64,000 bases of DNA, from assembly GCF_004010195.1 (NCBI RefSeq), contig NC_057720.1:33771304-33835303 (forward strand), given 5' to 3'. Each line of letters begins with the position of its first letter. Positions within the stretch are counted from its first letter, which is position 1. The notes below the pieces were generated by a model, which saw only the letters and a program-made list of their open reading frames with translations, did no database searches and was not told the origin of the DNA. Positions 1 through 11,976 of the stretch are shown one piece after another. The position numbers and the translations under genes were made by a program. Source of the DNA: Chiloscyllium plagiosum (lineage: Eukaryota).

Positions 1-233
1 ACTTTATTGCTGGAACAGCACAGCAGGTCAGGCAGCATCCAGGGTACAGGAGATTCGACGTTTCGGGCACAGGCCCTTCTTCAGGAAGAAGAAGCCCGAA
101 ACAGGCCCTTCTTTGGCCTGTGCCCGAAACGTCGAATCTCCTGTTTCCTGGATGCTGCCTGACCTGCTGTGCTGTTCCAGCAATAAAGTTTCAACTTTGA
201 TCTCCAGCATCTGCAGACCTCACTTTCTCCTCC
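1..233. mobile_element. Penelope-like element pseudo-LTR derivative, palindromic (family A)
   Basis: Bases 1-75 are the reverse complement of ~116-189 (ACTTTATTGCTGGAACAGCACAGCAGGTCAGGCAGCATCC... / ...GGATGCTGCCTGACCTGCTGTGCTGTTCCAGCAATAAAGT). The same sequence terminates the GIY-YIG-containing elements at 18124-18966 and 49069-50223. Confidence 0.8.
54..87 (-). ncRNA. Minimal type I hammerhead ribozyme motif in Penelope pLTR
   Basis: Minus strand reads UUC-CUGAAGA-A-GGGC-CUGU-GCCC-GAAA-CG-UC-GAA: conserved core CUGANGA/GAAA/UH, 4-bp stem II, palindromic ACGU at helix III, stem I UUC/GAA. Confidence 0.7.
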
Positions 234-544
234 AATAAAGGACCTGGCCAATGACATTCACACCTCACAAATGAGCAAAGAAAACTTTTTAGAATGCTGG
301 GCCATTAGATCTTTACCCAATGATTATAGCCAGCATGGTAAGCTCAGCAGTGATGACATTTAACATTGTCATTTACCTGCCAGGCAAAAGAATTTCAGCA
401 TCTGTGTATCTGCATGCTTAGCATGTACCAGGAAATGATTGAATCATCGGATCTGTATTACCGTTAACCCCACGTGACCGTGATGCTTAACTGCTACCCT
501 TTCGGATGCTAATAAAGCCACTGTTTTAAATAGCTACAATTTGG

Positions 545-748
545 GTTCTTTACCCAGAGAGTGGTGGGGGCATGGAATGCGCTGCCCGTGGGAGTGGTAG
601 AGTCGGGATCATTGGCGACCTTTAAGCGGCATTTGTATAGGTACATGGATGGGTACTTAATCTAGGTTAGAAGTTCGGCACAACATCGTGGGCCGAAGGG
701 CCTGTTCTGTGCTGTATTGTTCTATGTTCTATGTTCTATGTTCTATGT
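545..748 (+). mobile_element. CR1 LINE 3' end with (TTCTATG)n tail
   Basis: FFTQRVVGAWNALP-like coding remnant, GGGCCGAAGGGCCTGT 3'UTR motif and 7-bp tandem tail. Confidence 0.8.
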
Positions 749-1106
749 ATTTTGTTTTTCATTTTAGCGTTGTTTGTATGCTTTGGTAGCATATCTTGCC
801 ATTGCAAATCAGTATTCAGTAGTGCAAGGCCTACATGCTTGTCTCTCACTCTTCCTTTTGTTCTTGCCTAGGCAAGTGGTCATACCTCTGTCTTCACTTT
901 ACTTCCCAGCCTTAACTCTCAGCTTGCTCCAACCTGCCTCAATTCCCAGCTTGTTCCAAGCTGCTTGTCTGACCCTAGCTTTGATTCCTAGCCTCATTTC
1001 CACTCTGCCCTCGCTTTCAAGCATGTATTCTCTCTGCTAAGGAAGACCTAATAGAACCTAAATTCAATTTTAATGTCACTTCCTCACTCAATGTCTTTTT
1101 ATGTAA

Positions 1107-1490
1107 TGTACACTTGGATGAGGGAAGTGAAAGTAGTGTCGCCAAGTTTGCGAGTGATGCAAACATAGTCGGAAGGCAAAGGGTAAAAATGACACAAAGA
1201 GTCTGTAGGGGGTTATTGACAAATTAACTGAGTAGGCAAAAAATTTGCACATGGAATATAGTGTGGGAAAATGTGAGTTTATGCGTTTGGCAGAAAGAAT
1301 AGAGGAGCCGAATATTATTTAAGTGGAGAAATATGTAGTATCGTGTATGATTTATAGTAATATGTATGATTCACAAAAATACTAGCATACAAGTTCAGCA
1401 GGTATACGAAAGACAAATTAAATGTTGGTCATTATTTCAAAGGGAATGGGCCATAAAAATAAGGTTGTCTCCTAAAAGTATATAAGGCAC
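1107..1490 (+). mobile_element. Degenerate CR1 ORF2 (RT) fragment
   Basis: GCCAAGTTTGCGAGTGAT (KFADD-like region) and TGGAATATAGTGTGGGAAAATGTGAG (ME.NV.KCE) remnants shared with other CR1 copies in the window. Confidence 0.6.
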
Positions 1491-3915
1491 AAGTTCCTCT
1501 GACTGTCCCTACCATTTCCAATTGTAGGCATGTCAGCTAAGCATGTCAGTCTTTGTATGGAGATAAGGATGACTGTTCACTGAGGTTTATGTGTCAGTAA
1601 GGACATTATTGGGATAAAGGGCATGAATCTTGCCAATTTTTATTGCCTACTGCGATATTATTTTTAAAGTAGACTTTTATATTTTATTTTTGTAGTAGAC
1701 TTTTATGTTCTATTGTTAAAGGTACATTGGCAACTACTTGTGAATATTTTCATTGATTGATTTCCACAGCAAACAAAAGAAACGTAAGCTTATTGTTTAT
1801 CAAGCCAGATTTCACATGGCGATGTGACTCATCTGGTATTTGTATCAGCTTGGATCATACCACAGCTTAGAACAAGTTATGAAAGGAATAGTTGTATCAC
1901 TTTCCTTGCAATTACAGGACAATGCCTCACTCATTTTTGTACTTTCTTGGTGTACACATCTTCCTGTATATTCCATGGAGCCAATGGTTGACAGGTGTGT
2001 GAATACAGAAGAATGGACTGGGAATCAGTACAGTGCAAAATATAAACTGCACTCGTAAAGCCAGGAGATAAAGTGCTGTGAAATATAATAGTCATATTGG
2101 AATGCAAACAACCCCTTATCATCCAGGCATTTGTTATGACCAATATGTTGGCTCAATGATCACCGCTAAGCACAATTCACAGTTCATCATGCAAAAAGTA
2201 TCACTCTTCAAAGCACTAATAAGCAGTGAAATGGCTTCTGACATTCAACATCTCAGATGAAGAACGAGTTATTTGAGATCATACCAATATCCTTCCCATT
2301 CACAAATAAAACCATTTGTAACAGTTTGCTGCAAATGTAATCTATTTGCATCATCCAAGGACGCAGAATCATGAGTTGCATGTTGCCAGCAGGACGTTCA
2401 TAACATGTACCATTGCTTAATTATTAATTCCTTTAGACACACAAAAACCCATATGTCACTAGTTCAAAATCTAAAAGTTCCAAACATAAACACATATGAT
2501 ATTGAATGTACACATAAACCACAGATTCTAAATCATAATATTACAATGATTCTTGATACTTTTATTAGACAACTGCAGCACAGGCGCAACTTGACAGTGA
2601 TACATGTGACTGTGGTATATAGATATTTTTTGTGTCTCTGAAGGAATTAATAATCAACTTGTGAATCCTTCAGGTGCTCTTTAAAGAAAGTTTATAATTG
2701 CTAGTTTCTGAACTGATGAGTTTTTTTTTAACCTTAGGAGGGATTACAACCTAGCAAGGGAACAATTGTGCCTCAAAGTCTGTTAGAAATTTCTAGATAT
2801 GTTTTTAAACTGAGGAAACACCCCTAACTCAGAGAAAGAGAGAGAGATTTTCAGTTTACTTTTAGTTTTGGGGAGGCCTGCAAAACTTTTTTCATGTGTA
2901 AAGTTGCTCCTGAGAAAGGGAGAAAATAGTCAGGTTTGCTACCACTAAATGATATCAGAGTAAGGAGTTAATGATAGTCCCAGCCTAGAAGTGTTTGGAT
3001 AAAACTCTGAAGAGGTGATTTGAAACTGAGCACATTTAATCTTAGGTGCATGATAATTCCAGGAAGAAGCCATTAGATTTCCATACCTGGAGCTGAAGTC
3101 AAATTAAACCTACAAGGTGTTAGAGGAAGGAATATTCTGGAGGACTATACAAGGAGTTTGGATACCATACAGTGATATTTTTGGAATTTGTTAAAATGTG
3201 TTTTGGGATTAATGGGATTATATTTCATGTGTGTTGCGAAATCTTGTGACAACTTGAGGAAATAGATAATTTCCATGACCCTGATTTGACTAGTCTGCTA
3301 AAATATAGAAAGTGGCATATTTTTAAATCTGTAATGACATTTTTGTAAAATTAAATATGCATTTTGCCTAGTTGTTACTCTTTATAGCCTGTCACTGCAC
3401 CTTAACAACTACTAATAAAATGAGTGCTGCAACTCTAGGCTTTATGGCAGAGATCAAGCTAACTCTGCATTGAATAAATTTGGTGACACCACCCAGCCTC
3501 CATTGCTTTCTGGGGAAGAGAATTCCATATATTAACAACCATCTAAGTGAAAAAGATTTGTCTGTTCCTTAAATGGGAGACTGTTTATGTTTAAACAATC
3601 TTCCCCCCACATCTTCTCCTCTTCCTCACTAAGAAATATCTTTCTGGGATCAATCCTATCAAGTCTTCTCACTTTCAGTAGGATCATTTGTGAAAGAGTG
3701 GTGCCAACACTTCCCATACCCACTAAGAGGTCCTTTTTTCTCGATGTTTCAGTAAGACCACCCCACATTCTTCCAAACTTCAGTGGGTACAGACTAAACT
3801 CATTCAATCTTTTTTTCACAAGTTAAGCTTGCAAGAAGAAAGCATTGCAAGTCTGAAAAGAATTGCAATTGTAATAGGTACATATAAGAATGCTTCTTGT
3901 TAAATTATACCTTTA

Positions 3916-4288
3916 TAGAGGTTTACCAAATCATGAGGGGCATGGATAGGATAAATAGGCAAAGCCTTTTACCTGGGGTCGGGGAGTCCCGAACTAGAGG
4001 GCATAGGCTTAGGGGGAGAGGAGAAAGATATAAAATAGACCCCAGGGGCAACTTTTTCACGTAGAGGGTGGTACGTGTATGGAATGAACTGCAAGTGAAA
4101 ATGGTGGAGGGCTGGTACAATTGCAACATTTAAAAGACATTTGGATGGGTAAATGAACAAGGAAGGGTTTGGAGGGATATGGGCTGGGTGCTGGCAGGTG
4201 GGACTAGAATGGGTTGGGATATCTGGTCGGCATGGACAGGTTGGACTGAAGGGTCTGTTTCCATGCTGTACACCTCTATGACTCTATA
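3916..4288 (+). mobile_element. CR1 (HER1-type) LINE 3' end
   Basis: Near-identical to 8215-8595; ends in CTCTATGACTCTAT tail. Confidence 0.85.
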
Positions 4289-5184
4289 CTCTTATTATTT
4301 TGTTGACTCATGGGGTTAATAAAAAGGGTTTCTACATTTCTTGCATGAAATTTAAAATGCAAAATAAATGAAGTATTCTGAAACTCTGTTGATTTCAAAC
4401 ATTGTATGAGATAGTTCAGTGTCTAATAGCAATTACGAAACGGGGTTTGCTGTTTGTTTTCCTGAGCACTTGACTGAAAGATTACCTGAAGCAAATTGAT
4501 TCTTAAAGAAGAAACTGTCATGGTGAAAAGACACTTTTGAATCTGTAGAGTTCAAATAAGCAAAGAATGTATTTGAGTCCACACAGGGAAACATGTCTCA
4601 GTTGATTGAGATCTTCACTCAACTAAACAATTTTCCAGCACATATTTATAATACTCAGGTTCCTGTTCCCTCTCAGTCTGGTTTCAGAATTTCACAATTG
4701 ATTGGCCATCTGACATCATATGATGGCTTTGCTTCACATTCTGGAACATTGTTCTATAAGGAGGAAGTGCATATACTCTATCTTCCCCTAATGTTCTGCT
4801 AAGGATTCTGATAAGCATGATTTACAATAGGAAAGCTTGAATAATCTGAAAACATTTTAACAGGTTCAAAAATATGTCAAATATGTTGGCCCATATTTCA
4901 AACTAGATACAAATCCTGTCACTTTATAAAATTCTACCATGTTGTTTGAGAAATACTTCCGATTCATGGAAGAGCTAATGAAAATATTTATTGAAGGAAA
5001 CATCAAAACCCATTCTTTATAAATCTTTGTATTGGAGATTATGAATGTTTTTAGTCTAATTTAAATCTACAAAGTTCAAATCTTGCATGTGTTCTGAGTA
5101 CCATTACTTTTTCAGGCTACTGGTCATCAATCTCATTTTGTCTTTTTTTAAATGTAATTGGGAAGGCTAGCTAGATGATAGACA

Positions 5185-5343
5185 TAAGAGTCAGAGAGGT
5201 CTATAGCGCAGATAAAGACCCTTTGACCTATCAAGTCTATGGCCGTCAAAAACCCATTTTCTAGCACGTGGCCCACAGTATGCCTTGGCATTGCAAGATT
5301 ACATCTGAATACTTCTTAAAAGTCATGAAGTCTTCTGCCTCTA
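5185..5343 (-). mobile_element. Old CR1 3' end, left piece of a split element (continues at 11977)
   Basis: Reverse-strand CR1 3'UTR/ORF2 end; ...TCTGCCTCTA continues naturally into CACCACCCTTATAGGCGGTGAATCCCAGAT at ~11977. Confidence 0.6.
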
Positions 5344-6479
5344 TGGAGTTATCCTATAGCCTCCTAATAGCCAATAGGAGGTCGAGGAACAGATACGTAG
5401 GCAATTCATGGAAAGGGAGAAGAACAACAGGATTGTTGGAGTGGGTGATTTTTACTTTCCCAACATTGACTAGGACTCCCTTAGTGCCAGGGGCTTAGAT
5501 GAGGCAGAATTTGTTAGGTGCATCCAGGAGGGTTTCTTGAAACAACACGTATATCGTCCAACTAGGGAAGGGTCCATACGAGACCTTATATTGGGAATGA
5601 GCCTGGCCAGGTGATTATAGTTTAAGTGGCAGCGTTTTGGGAATAGTGATAGTAATTCCATACATTTTAAGATAGTTATGAATAAGATTGGTATTCGGGT
5701 AAAAGTGCTAAATTGGGAGAAGGCTAATTATAACAGTATTAGGCAGGAACTGGGGAAATTAGATTGGGGATGGCTGACTGAGGGTAAATCCACATCTGAC
5801 ATGTAGGAGTCTTTTAAAGGCCGTTTTGTCAGAGCTCAGGACCAGCACATTTCTGTTAGATTGAAAGATAAGGATGTCACGATTTGGGAACCCTGGATGA
5901 CAAGATGTTAAAAGTCGAGTCAAAAAGGAAAAGGAAACAATGTAACATTAAAGAAACTGAAATCAGACAAGACTCTTGAGGAATATAAAGGAAGCCAGAA
6001 AGAACTTAAACAGGGACCTAAAAGCACCATGAAATGTCCTTGGTAAGTGGGATTAAGGAGAATTCCAAATCATTTTATACATAGCTACATAGGGTAGCTA
6101 GTTTTATGAAGATGTGGGTGTACTGTATCTTTAAGAGAGTTAAAAGCTGCGAGAGGAAATTTGATAGGGATGGTTAAACCTGGCTTTGAAGGGATCCCAC
6201 TATCATAAGTCACAGCACAAAGCAAAAAGTAAAGAGAAAGATGAAGGAGTTGAGGTTCAGTTAGTGGATACCCTGTTTGATGTAATGGTGCAGGAAAAAC
6301 CTGAACAGGCTGGGGGTCGGCCAGAAGTGTTTAGTCCTGAAAGACGAAGGGACTTGCAACAGCAAGGCAAATATGGATGCATACTCTGTAAAGGAGGCAG
6401 AGAAAATTCTGAAAGGTTATTATCTGAAAGATAGAATCCTAAGGCAGGGATGGGGACCATGGCAGTTTAGTGCAGAGGA

Positions 6480-7690
6480 GAAATAGGCCGAAGAGCACTA
6501 GATTGTGTTGCTAGTAGCATACAAACAGGAGGTGTTTTGGGTAGTGCATGTGCCAACTGTAGGAGGTTACCTGGAGGTATGAAAGACTTGGGCTAAGGTA
6601 CAAAAACATTTTTATTTGCCTGGAATGCACAAGGATGTGGTTAACTTTTGCCAAACCTGTCATGCATGCCAAATGGTAGGTAAGCCACCGGCGATAATAA
6701 AAACAGCACCTTTATTGCTAGCTTCAGCATTTGAAGAACCTTTCATGTTGGTTATAATCGATTGTGTAGGTCCCCTCCTGAGAACTAAAAGTGGGACCCT
6801 GTACTTGTTAACCATAATGGAGGTGTCTACCAGATTTTAGGAGGCAATTCCATTATGGAGTATCAAGGTAAAAAGGGTAGTAGAGGAGTTAGTAGCTTTC
6901 TTCACACAGTATGGGCTACCCAGAGAGATTCAGTCAGACCGAGGGTCAAATTTTACTGCTTAGCTGTTTAAGGAGGTTATAGATAGCTTAGGTGTACAGC
7001 ACTTTAAATCCAGTGCGTATCATTCTGAATTCCAGGGAGCTTTAGAAAGATGGCATCAGACCTTGAAGACCATGTTGACAGCATATTGTCAGGATTACCA
7101 GAATGATTGGGATAAAGGTATCCCATTCATATTGTTTGCCGTTAGAGATGCCCCAAATGAATCTACTCAGTTCACTCCCTTTGAGTTAATATTTGGGCAT
7201 GAAGTGAGAGGTCCTTTGAAATCAATTAAAGAAAAATTGACAGAACCAAAGTTGGAGATCTCACACTTAGATTATGTATTGGAGGTGAGGGAGAGAATAA
7301 ATCGAGAAGGTGTGTTAGCTAAACAGCACCTACAGAGGGCACAGTGTAGAATGAAGCAGGTGACAGGTAAAAACTCTGAGACTTGGATGTTTTCCCAAGG
7401 CGATAATGTGTTAGTACTGTTACCAGTGATAAGTGACCCCTTCAAAGCATGGTTTAGTGGTCCCTATCAAATTGAGAAAAAGTTGATTCAGGTGAACTAT
7501 TTAGTGAAAATGCCAGATAGAAAAAATGGTATCTGGTATGTCATGTGAACATGTTGCAACCGTATTATACTAGAGAGAAAGAACTAGAGAAACCGGTGTT
7601 AGTTACTGCCTCGCAGAGTGAGGAATCAAATCCACATGATGGGGATTTTGATGTGCCTCAAAATAGATTAAAAAATGAAGAAGTCCTTGA
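6480..7690 (+). pseudogene. pol: Gypsy integrase (Zn finger, DDE core, GPY/F module), disrupted by stops/frameshifts
   Basis: ORFs 6616-6840 (PGMHKDVVNFCQTCHACQ...IIDCVGPL) and 7063-7548 (DWDKGIPFILFAVR...FTPFELIFG...FSGPYQI); IQSDRGSNF and SAYHSESQGALERWHQTLK read between them. Confidence 0.9.
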
Positions 7691-7691
7691 G

Positions 7692-8595
7692 AAGGTGTAG
7701 TGGACAGCGAAGAGGGTTACCTCAGATTACAACAGGATCTGGACCAGATGGGCCAATGGGCTGAGAAGTGGCAGATGGAGTTTAATTCAGATAAATGTGA
7801 GTGTTGCAGTTTGAGAAAGCAAATCTTAGCAGGACTTATACACTTAATGGTCAGGTCCTAGGGAGTGTTGCTGAACAAAGAGACCTTGGAGTGCAGGTTC
7901 ATAGCTCCTTGAAAGTGGAGTCGCAGGTAGATAGGAAAATGAAGAAGACGTTTAGTATGCTCTCCTTTATTGGTCAGAGTATTGAGTACAGGAATTGGGA
8001 GGTCATGTTGCGGCTGTACAGGACATTGGTTAAGCCGCTGTTGGAATATTGCATGCAATTCTGGTCTCCTTCCTATCGGAAAGATGTTTTGAAACTTGAA
8101 AAGGTTGAGAAAAGATTTACAAGGATGTTGCCAGGGTTGGAGGATCTGAGCTACAGGGAGAGGCTGAACAGGCTGGGGCTGTTTTCCCTGGAGTGTCGGA
8201 GGCTGAGGGGTGACCTTATAGAGGTTTACAAAATTATGAGTGTCATGGATAGGATAAATAGACAAAGTCTTTTCCCTGGGGTCGGGGAGTCCAGAACTAG
8301 AGGACATAGGTTTAGGGTGAGAGGGGAAAGATATAAAAGAGACCTGAGGGGCAACTTTTTCATGCAGAGGACAGTACGTCTATGGAATGAGCTGCCAGAG
8401 GATGTGGTGGAGGCTGGTACAATTGCAACATTGAAGAGGTATTTGGATGGGTATATGAATAGCAAGGGTTTGGAGGGATATGAGCCGGGTGCTGGCAGGT
8501 GGGACTAGATTGGGTTGGGATATCTGGTCCGCATGGATGGGTTGGACCGAAGGGTCTGTTTCCGTGCTGTACATCTCTATGACTCTGTGACTCTA
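7692..8595 (+). mobile_element. Young CR1 (HER1-type) 3' fragment inserted in the Gypsy pol
   Basis: Open 235-aa ORF 7801-8508 (RDLGVQVHSSLK...LYRTLVKPLLEYC...RLRGDLIEVYKI...WNELP) typical of the CR1 ORF2 C-terminus; (CTATGACT)-type tail. Confidence 0.92.
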
Positions 8596-9047
8596 GGGGT
8601 GGGATAGTTTAGTAAGCGATCTGTCTCAGGAGCATAGAATGCATTTGAAAGACTTGTTACTGCAGGATAAGGACATATGTAAAAATCAGATGGGGAGGAC
8701 TAATGCTATTAGACATCGGGCATACTGCTCCGATTAAACAACAACCCTATCGGCTTAATCCTTTCAAAGCCAGACAGGTCCAGATGGAGGTCCACCAGAG
8801 GAAATACTCCACAATCGAAAGGAACTATTGAGTTTTGTACTGGCCTTACAACATTTTAATGTGTATGTCAGCAACAATGTGTCGGAGACAATTGTGTACA
8901 CGGATCACAATCCGCTTACATTCTTAGAACACTTTAAAGATAAGAATATGAGACTGTTTCATTGGAGTCTTATTTTACAGACTTTTAATTGGAAAATCAA
9001 ACATGTTGTGGGCGTAAGAATGTAATTTCAGATGCGTTATCACTGAT
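8596..9047 (+). pseudogene. pol: Gypsy RT N-terminus fused by deletion to RNase H
   Basis: PIKQQPYRLNP (RT start) at ~8730-8760, joined at ~8793 to HQRKYSTIERELL...LQHFNVY...VYTDHNPLTFL...RLFHWSLILQ (RNase H). Confidence 0.85.
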
Positions 9048-9229
9048 TTAATGTTAGAGTTTAGATGAGATTTGTATTCATTTAATGTTTTATATATAGG
9101 TATATGGGCAGACATTAAGGTGAACTTATATTAAAGTTATCTGTATGTTAGGGTAACATATTTGAAAAGTAGAGAAAAAAATGAAGCCACCTTTTCATTA
9201 TAATGGTTTTTTTTTCTTAAGGGGGGAGG

Positions 9230-9933
9230 TGTTATGAGGATGTGGGTGTACTGTACCTTTAAGATAGTTAAAAGCTGATACAGCTATCTGACAGCACCAA
9301 GTGTTCTCAGTAAGATACAATGTAACATGTGCTCCATCTATTGGGATAGCTAGGGTAGCTAGTTGTCTGGAAACGACAAAGCAGATTCGAATTAGACCAA
9401 TCAGTTTGAATTATACCTCAGAAATTACCAAACTCCAATTCAGTTTGAATTTTGTTTATTGACAATCTTAAAAGCCAATGACACAATCTGCTGCGTTGGG
9501 GGGGGTATAAGACCAGGGAAAATTGAACAGTTGAGATGAGAACTGCCAAGCTACCAGCTTGTAAAAAGACTGCCTGAGACATAGCTCTCTGAAAAGTACC
9601 TTTATCGATCAGTAACCTCTGAAGCAGAATCCCTAAGAAGAAAAGAAGACAAAGGAAGATCCAAATAGAAGAACCGAAAGTTGCCTGGTTTTGAGATAAG
9701 AAGTTTTGATTTGTCAGTCATAATTGGGAGTTTTATCGGACTGATATTATAGAAGGGAAGGTAAAAGATAGGTTAGAGTAAGGACTTCTAACAGTTGTTA
9801 GTTAATTATTCTCTGTTGTACTTAAAGAAGTAAAGATGTTAATTTTTACTTTAACTAGTTCTTGGCCTATCGAAGCTTCACAGATTACTGCACGAGATAA
9901 ATCTTTCTTGTGTTGCTGGTTTTAAATTAAACA
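9230..9933 (+). repeat. Gypsy 3' LTR
   Basis: Follows the PPT, has TG...CA termini, first 48 bp repeated at 6102; CCAAT boxes and TATAA (~9506) inside. Confidence 0.85.
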
Positions 9934-9936
9934 GTT

Positions 9937-9975
9937 TGGGAGCTCGTCTGGGATCTGAACCCGGGACCTCTCACA
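9937..9975 (-). other. 39-nt copy of mature tRNA-Pro 3' half including CCA (extended primer-binding sequence)
   Basis: Plus strand TGG-G-AGCTCGT-CTGGG-ATCTGAA-CCCGG-GACCT-CTCAC-A is complementary to recalled vertebrate tRNA-Pro positions 76-38 (expected TGG-G-GGCTCGT-CCGGG-ATTTGAA-CCCGG-GACCT-CTCGC-A), 35/39 identities. Confidence 0.85.
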
Positions 9976-10776
9976 GGAAAAAAGCCGGAAAACTAGGTCC
10001 ACTCAAGGACAAAAGAGTGCATTTTTGTCCGACGCAGATAAAGTGGGTGAGATCTTTAATGAGTACTTCACATCAGTATTGACCAAGGGGAAGGACATGG
10101 ACGAAGGTCTGATTAGGAAAGGATATATTGAATGTCTTAATATTGACATGCCCCAGAATGAGGAGGCGTTGAGTTGAAAATATTAGGGTAGATTAGGGAT
10201 CTATCCCAGCATACTGAGGGAGGCAAGGGAGGAGTTTGCTGGGGCTCTGACCTTAGTATCCTCTTTAGCCACAAGTAAAGCCCCAGAAGATTGGAGAATA
10301 GCTAAAGTTGTTCCTTTGTTTAAGGGAATATCCAGGAAATTTTAGGCTGGTGAGGTTTACATCAGTGGTAGGGAAGTTATTGGAAAAAAGTGTTTGGGAC
10401 AGGATTTATTCACATTTGGAGAAGAATGGACTTATTAGGGATAATCAACATGGTTTTGTGCAGGGTAGGTCTTGTCTCACAAATTTGATTGAGTTTTTTT
10501 TGAGCAAGTGATGAAGATGATTGATACAGGTCGGGCAGTGGATTTTGTCGCCATGGACTTTACGAAAGATTTGACAAGGTCCTTGATGGTAGACTGGTCC
10601 AGAAATGAAGTCACGTGGAATCCACAGTGAATTGGTAAGTTGAATACAAAATTATCTTGGTCATAGAAGACAGAGAGTACTTGTGGACGGGTATTTTTCT
10701 GACTAGAGGTCTGTGACCAGTGATGTTCCACAAAGATCGGTGCTGGGACTTCTATTGTTTGTAACGTATATAAATA

Positions 10777-11090
10777 CGGCACGGTGGCACAGTGGTTAGC
10801 ACTGCTACCTCACAGCGCCAGAGACCCGGGTTCAATTCCCGCCTCAGGCGACTGACTGTGTGGAGTTTGCACGTTCTCCCCGTGTCTGCGTGGGTTTCCT
10901 CCGGGTGCTCCGGTTTTCTCCCACAGTCCAAAGATGTGCAGGTCAGGTGAATTGGCCACGCTAAATTGCTTGTAGTGTTAGGTAAGGGGTAAATGTAGGG
11001 GTATGGGTGGGTTGCGCTTCGGCGGGTCGGTGTGGACTTGTTGGGCCTAAGGGCCTGTTTCCACACTGTAAGTAATCTAATCTAAAAAAA
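10777..11090 (+). mobile_element. HE1-type tRNA-derived V-SINE
   Basis: A box TGGCACAGTGG, B box GGTTCAATTCC, V-domain TGTGGAGTTTGCAC.TTCTCCCCGTGTCTGCGTGGGTTTCCTCCGGGTGCTCCGG, CR1-like tail and (TCTAA)n. Confidence 0.9.
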
Positions 11091-11976
11091 AATGATTTGA
11101 ATGAAAATATAGGTGGTCTGATTAATAACTTTGCAGATGACACAAAAATTGTTAGAGTTGTGGATAGTGAGGAGGTTGTCAAAGGACACAGCAGGATGTA
11201 GATCAGTTGGGAAATTGGGCAGAGAAATGGCAAATGGAGTTTAATCTGGATAAGTGGAAGGTCAAATGCAAGAGAAAAGTATGCAATAGATGGCAGGATC
11301 AAACAGAGCGAGCTTGGATGCAAGTCCATAGTCCCCTGAGTTTGGCAACAAAAGTGGCTAAGGTGGTAAATATAATTAATGGCATGCTTGCCTTCATTGG
11401 TCAGGCACTGTGTCTAAAAGTTGGCAAGTCATGTTGCAGCTGTATAAAATTTCAGTTAGGCCATATTAGGAATATTGTGAGCAGTTCTGGTTGTAACACG
11501 ACAGGAAGGATGTGGATGCTTTGCGTTGGATTCAAAAGAGGTTTACCAAGATGTTTCCTGGATTGGTGTGTATTAGCTATATTGAGAGGTGGGACAACCT
11601 TAATTTGTTTTGCGAGGGTGTTGGAGGCTGAGGGACAACTTGATAGTAGTATACACAATTATGAGATGCATGCATAGGGTGGATAGTCAGCGTCATTTTT
11701 TTTCCCAGACTGGCAACGCCAAATACTAGGGAGCTCAGGTTTAAAGTGAGAGTTTGAAAGAGACACAGGAGGTATGTTTTTTTTAAGAGGGTTAGAGGTG
11801 CCTGGAATGTGCTGTCAGGGGAGGTGAACAGATATGTGAACAGGCAGGGAATAGAGGCATATGGATCATGTACAGGCAGATGAGTTAGTTTAGAATGGCA
11901 TCTTAGTTGGCACAGACATGATGGGCCGAAGGCCTTGTTTCTGTGTTGTACTGTTCCATGTTCTGCTGTTCTGTGC

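Larger units (their letters stand above)
6102..9933 (+). mobile_element. Gypsy (Gmr1-like) LTR retrotransposon, internally deleted
   Basis: 48-bp 5' LTR remnant 6102-6149 matches 3' LTR start 9230-9277 (4 mismatches); PPT AAGGGGGGAGG 9219-9229; 3' LTR TGTT...AACA 9230-9933; integrase, RT start and RNase H remnants lie between. Confidence 0.9.
5344..11975 (+). mobile_element. 5'-truncated, decayed CR1 LINE (endonuclease C-terminus to RT to 3'UTR), interrupted by a Gypsy element and an HE1 SINE
   Basis: YRPPN / GDFNFP / FLKQ...PTREG APE remnants at 5350-5660; RT remnants at 10290-11700 (TSVVGKLLE, NQHGFVQGRSCLTNLIEFF, FADDTK, WAEKWQMEFN); 3'UTR GGGCCGAAGGCCTTGTTTCTGTG near 11925. Confidence 0.85.

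Noticed and set aside
1500..3480. Possible old solo-LTR remnants
   Set aside because: Only a compositional impression; I could not define TG...CA ends or TSDs.
7801..8508. 235-aa ORF as a host gene
   Set aside because: It is the C-terminus of CR1 ORF2, with near-identical copies elsewhere in the window.
9937..9975. Functional tRNA-Pro gene
   Set aside because: Only positions 38-76 are present, CCA is encoded and the A box is missing, so it is a cDNA copy.
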